Positions 61,603 to 64,000 of a stretch of 64,000 bases of DNA are shown here, in pieces. The position numbers were made by a program, and so were the translations under genes. The notes under the pieces were generated by a model, which worked only from the letters and a program-made list of their open reading frames with translations, was not told the DNA's origin and made no database searches. The stretch is from the NCBI GenBank assembly GCA_963841755.1, contig CAWJDX010000025.1:67048-131047 (forward strand). The letters are read 5' to 3'. The stretch is from an uncultured Candidatus Rokubacteria bacterium (lineage in GTDB: Bacteria; Methylomirabilota; Methylomirabilia; Rokubacteriales; CSP1-6). Position 1 is the stretch's first letter. Every line of letters begins with the position of its first letter.

Positions 61603-63245
61603 CTAGCGGGAGGCGCGCTCGCGCTCGAGGCCGGGCCGCGGCAGGCGGAGCGGCGGCACGGGCGTGGGCGGCGCGGCCGGGACGCGGGGGGCGTAGAACG
61701 AGGCCTCGTGGGCTCCGCGGAGGCACTGGCGGGTGAACTCGATCAGGTGATAGCTCACCACCGCGGCCTGGATCAGCTCCTCGATCTGGCCGCGGCGCAG
61801 GGCCTGGCGGGCGACCCGCCAGAAGGTGCGCCGGTAGTCGCCGCGCACTCCGACCCGCCAGACGATGCGTCCGAGCAGGGCGAGCCCGGACACCGCGTTG
61901 CGCATCGACGCCCGCCGCGGGTTGCGCGGATAGGCCGGGCGCTTCGAGAACGTGTGCGCGAGGTTGTGGGCGAAGCGCCGGTAGATGGCCTCCGGGGCGT
62001 AGGCGGCCCCGATGGCGCGGCGCCACATGCCGATCACGGTCTCCTCGGGCAGGCGGAACACCACGTTGGACTCGCGCCCGCCCTGGGGCAGGATGCGGCC
62101 CTCGGCGGCGAGCCGGTCCCAGAGCGGGGTCCGGGGCAGCGCGTAGAGGATGTTGATCGTGAGCATCGGGATCTGGGAGGCCTCGATGAACTCGATCAGG
62201 TGATCGGCGGTCGCGGGGGTGTCGGTGTCGAGCCCGAGGATGATGCCGGAGACCACCTCGAGGCCGTAGTCGTTGAGCTTCCGCACCGCATCGAGGATCG
62301 GCATGCGGAGGTTCTGGTCCTTGGACATCGACCGGAGCGCGTCCGGCTCCGGGGTCTCGATGCCGCAGAACACCACGTGGAAGCCGGCGTCGCGCATGAG
62401 GCCGAGCACGCGCTCGTTCTTGGCGATGTTGAGCGTCGCCTCGCAGGCGAAGCGCACCGGGAACCGATGGCGCCGCTGCCATTCCACCAGGTGGGGGAGG
62501 AGCTCGAGGGCCGCCTTCTGGTTCGCGATGAAGTTGTCGTCCACGAAGTAGATCGCGACCGCGCCGCCCGCGACGAGGGCGTCGAGCTCGGCCAGCACCT
62601 GCCCGGGCGTCTTGAGCCGCGGGATTGCGGCCGTAGAGCGCGGGGATGTCGCAGAACTCGCACGTGTACGGGCAGCCGCTCGAGAACTGGACGCTCGAGA
62701 TGAAGTACTGCGGCAGCCGGATCAGGTGATAGGCGGGGAGCGGGAAGTCGGTGAGCGGCAGCCGCGTCGTGGTGTCGAAGCGGAGCTGGGCGGCCGGGCG
62801 TCCGGCGTGCTCGTCGAGCCAGCGGATGATGGAGTCGGTGGAATCGCCCATCTCGCCGACCTGGATCAGGTCCGCGCCCGGGTAGTGCTCGGGGCAGCCC
62901 GACACCGAGGGCCCGCCGAGCACCACCGGCTTGCCGGCGCTGGTGGGCCCGCGCGATCGCGTCCTCGATGAACGGGCGCTGCACGTGCATGCCGGAGAGG
63001 AAGACCGCGTCCGCCCACGCGAGGTCCTCCGCGGTGGCCGGCCGCGAGTTCTCGTCCACGAAGCGCACCTCCCACGACTCCGGCAGGTAGGCGGCCACCA
63101 CCAGCAGCCCCTGCGGCGGCATGAAGGCCCGGATGCGGCCGCCGAAGAGCGGGTAGGAGTAGTGGAACGTCCCGAACGACGGCGCGTAGCGCGGCGAGAT
63201 GCAGAGGATCCGCCGCCGGTGTCGGGGCTCGTAGGGCGTGCGCAT
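61603..63245 (-). CDS. B12-binding-domain radical SAM protein with DUF4070-like C-terminus; two frame breaks (about 62950 and 62621)
   Basis: MRTPYEPRHRRRILCISPRY...VVAAYLPESWEVRFVDEN...FLSGMHVQ (B12-binding-like) / SAGKPVVLGGPSVSGCPEHY...SSGCPYTCEFCDIPALYGRNP (CxxxCxxC) / RLKTPGQVLAELDALV...FVDDNF...GIETPEP... to stop 61603. Length is 2 mod 3. Confidence 0.8.
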
Positions 63246-63288
63246 GGGGCGGGCGGGTCGAGGCCGGGAGGCGACGGGAGGGGGCCGG

Positions 63289-64000
63289 TCAGGCCCCGGT
63301 GGTCACGGCGGCCGGCTGCTCCACGTCGAGGGTCGTCACGCGCCGCAGCTCGCGCCGGTAGCGCGCGTCGTCGAACGGGCGCGCGCGGTGCATGGTGGCG
63401 CGGTTGTCCCAGATCACGAGATCGCCGACGCGCCACTGGTGCCGGTACACGAAGCGCGGCTGGGTCGCGTGCTCGATCAGCTCGCGGAGGAGCAGCCGCC
63501 CCTCCGGGACCGGCCAGTCGATGATCCGCGAGGCGTGCGAGGCCAGGTAGAGCGAGCGCCGGTTCGAGCGGGGGATCGTGCGCACCAGCGGGTGCACCGC
63601 GCCCTTCAGCGCCTCCTGCTCGTTCTCCGAGAACTCGAAGCCGAGGGTCTGGCGCGAGTAGGCGATCGAGTGGTGCACGCGCAGACCCTCGAGCCGCGCC
63701 TTCTCCGCCGTCGGACAGGGCGTCGTAGGCCGCGCGCATGTCGGCGAACTCGGTGTCCGCGTCGACCGGCGGCACCACCTTGGCCGAGAGCATCGAGTAG
63801 CGGCCGGGCGGGTCCTGGAACGAGGCGTCGGTGTGCCAGAGGCGGTTGCCGAGGCCGTACATGCGCCTGCGGTTGTCCGACTTCATGATCTCGCCGCTCT
63901 CGTCGAGGTTCGAGATGTCGCCGAGCGCCTCGTTGCCCAGGCGGTTCTTCTGGAGCGCGCTGATGCCGAGCTTGGTGTGGAGCCGGCCGTCGAGGCGCTG
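63289..64000 (-). CDS. TauD/TfdA-family Fe(II)/2-oxoglutarate dioxygenase; 5' end outside window; frame broken near 63711
   Basis: The minus frame is open from the window edge: ...LGISALQKNRLGNEALGDISNLDESGEIMKSDNRRRMYGLGNRLWHTDASF (HxD)...EFADMRAAYDALSD. The +1 frame then reads AEKARLEGLRVHHSIAYS...VIWDNRATMHRARPF...* (stop 63291..63289). Confidence 0.8.

Noticed and set aside
58016-63886. Giant ORFs in the track: 1956 aa at 58016..63886 (-), 1431 aa at 9768..14063 (+), 1492 aa at 39529..44007 (-), 1174 aa at 41643..45167 (+), 1063 aa at 31608..34799 (+), 1021 aa at 21961..25026 (-).
   Set aside because: They are high-GC artefacts. Each is either antisense or out of frame to recognisable genes (Arg/Pro/Gly/Ala-rich translation), or a concatenation of several real genes whose stops were bypassed by frame errors. 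Only the sub-segments listed as features look coding.

Overview
This window is roughly 70 % G+C, gene-dense bacterial chromosomal DNA with about 55 protein genes. I found no rRNA, tRNA, CRISPR array, transposase or integrase. Most of it is ordinary heterotroph metabolism:
- a complete family-5 (peptide/nickel-type) ABC importer, then an amidase and a complete branched-chain-amino-acid-type ABC importer (2.5-14.8 kb)
- two further orphan family-5 binding proteins
- two nucleotide-pyrophosphatase/alkaline-phosphatase-family genes
- two CoA-transferase-centred operons
- a NitT/TauT-type ABC importer with an amidohydrolase
- two acyl-CoA dehydrogenases, a Zn-ADH and a PAS hybrid histidine kinase

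There is also a clear redox/repair theme: OsmC, a rhodanese, a ResA-like thioredoxin fold, an MsrB-DsbD-thioredoxin-DUF3500 operon, and a cytochrome b + molybdopterin oxidoreductase pair.

Items worth a second look:
1. Two genes carry an in-frame TGA exactly at a redox-cysteine position. Each TGA is followed about 21 nt later by a GC hairpin with a CGNGU loop. These are probable selenoproteins that ORF callers split or truncate.
2. A 742-aa protein without a signal peptide fuses a trypsin-like serine protease (H190/D240/S337) to a zinc phospholipase-C/P1-nuclease-type domain. It lies immediately downstream of one selenoprotein gene.
3. A 169-bp intergenic element is bounded by perfect 42-bp G/C-tract inverted repeats.
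4. A TauD-dioxygenase / B12-radical-SAM / aminotransferase / C45 operon sits at the right edge.
5. A small lower-GC islet holds three tiny exported-protein genes.
6. About 30 reading-frame breaks nearly all behave as single extra bases (one small-ORF exception). I read them as insertion-type assembly errors. They must be corrected before any residue-level claim here is trusted.
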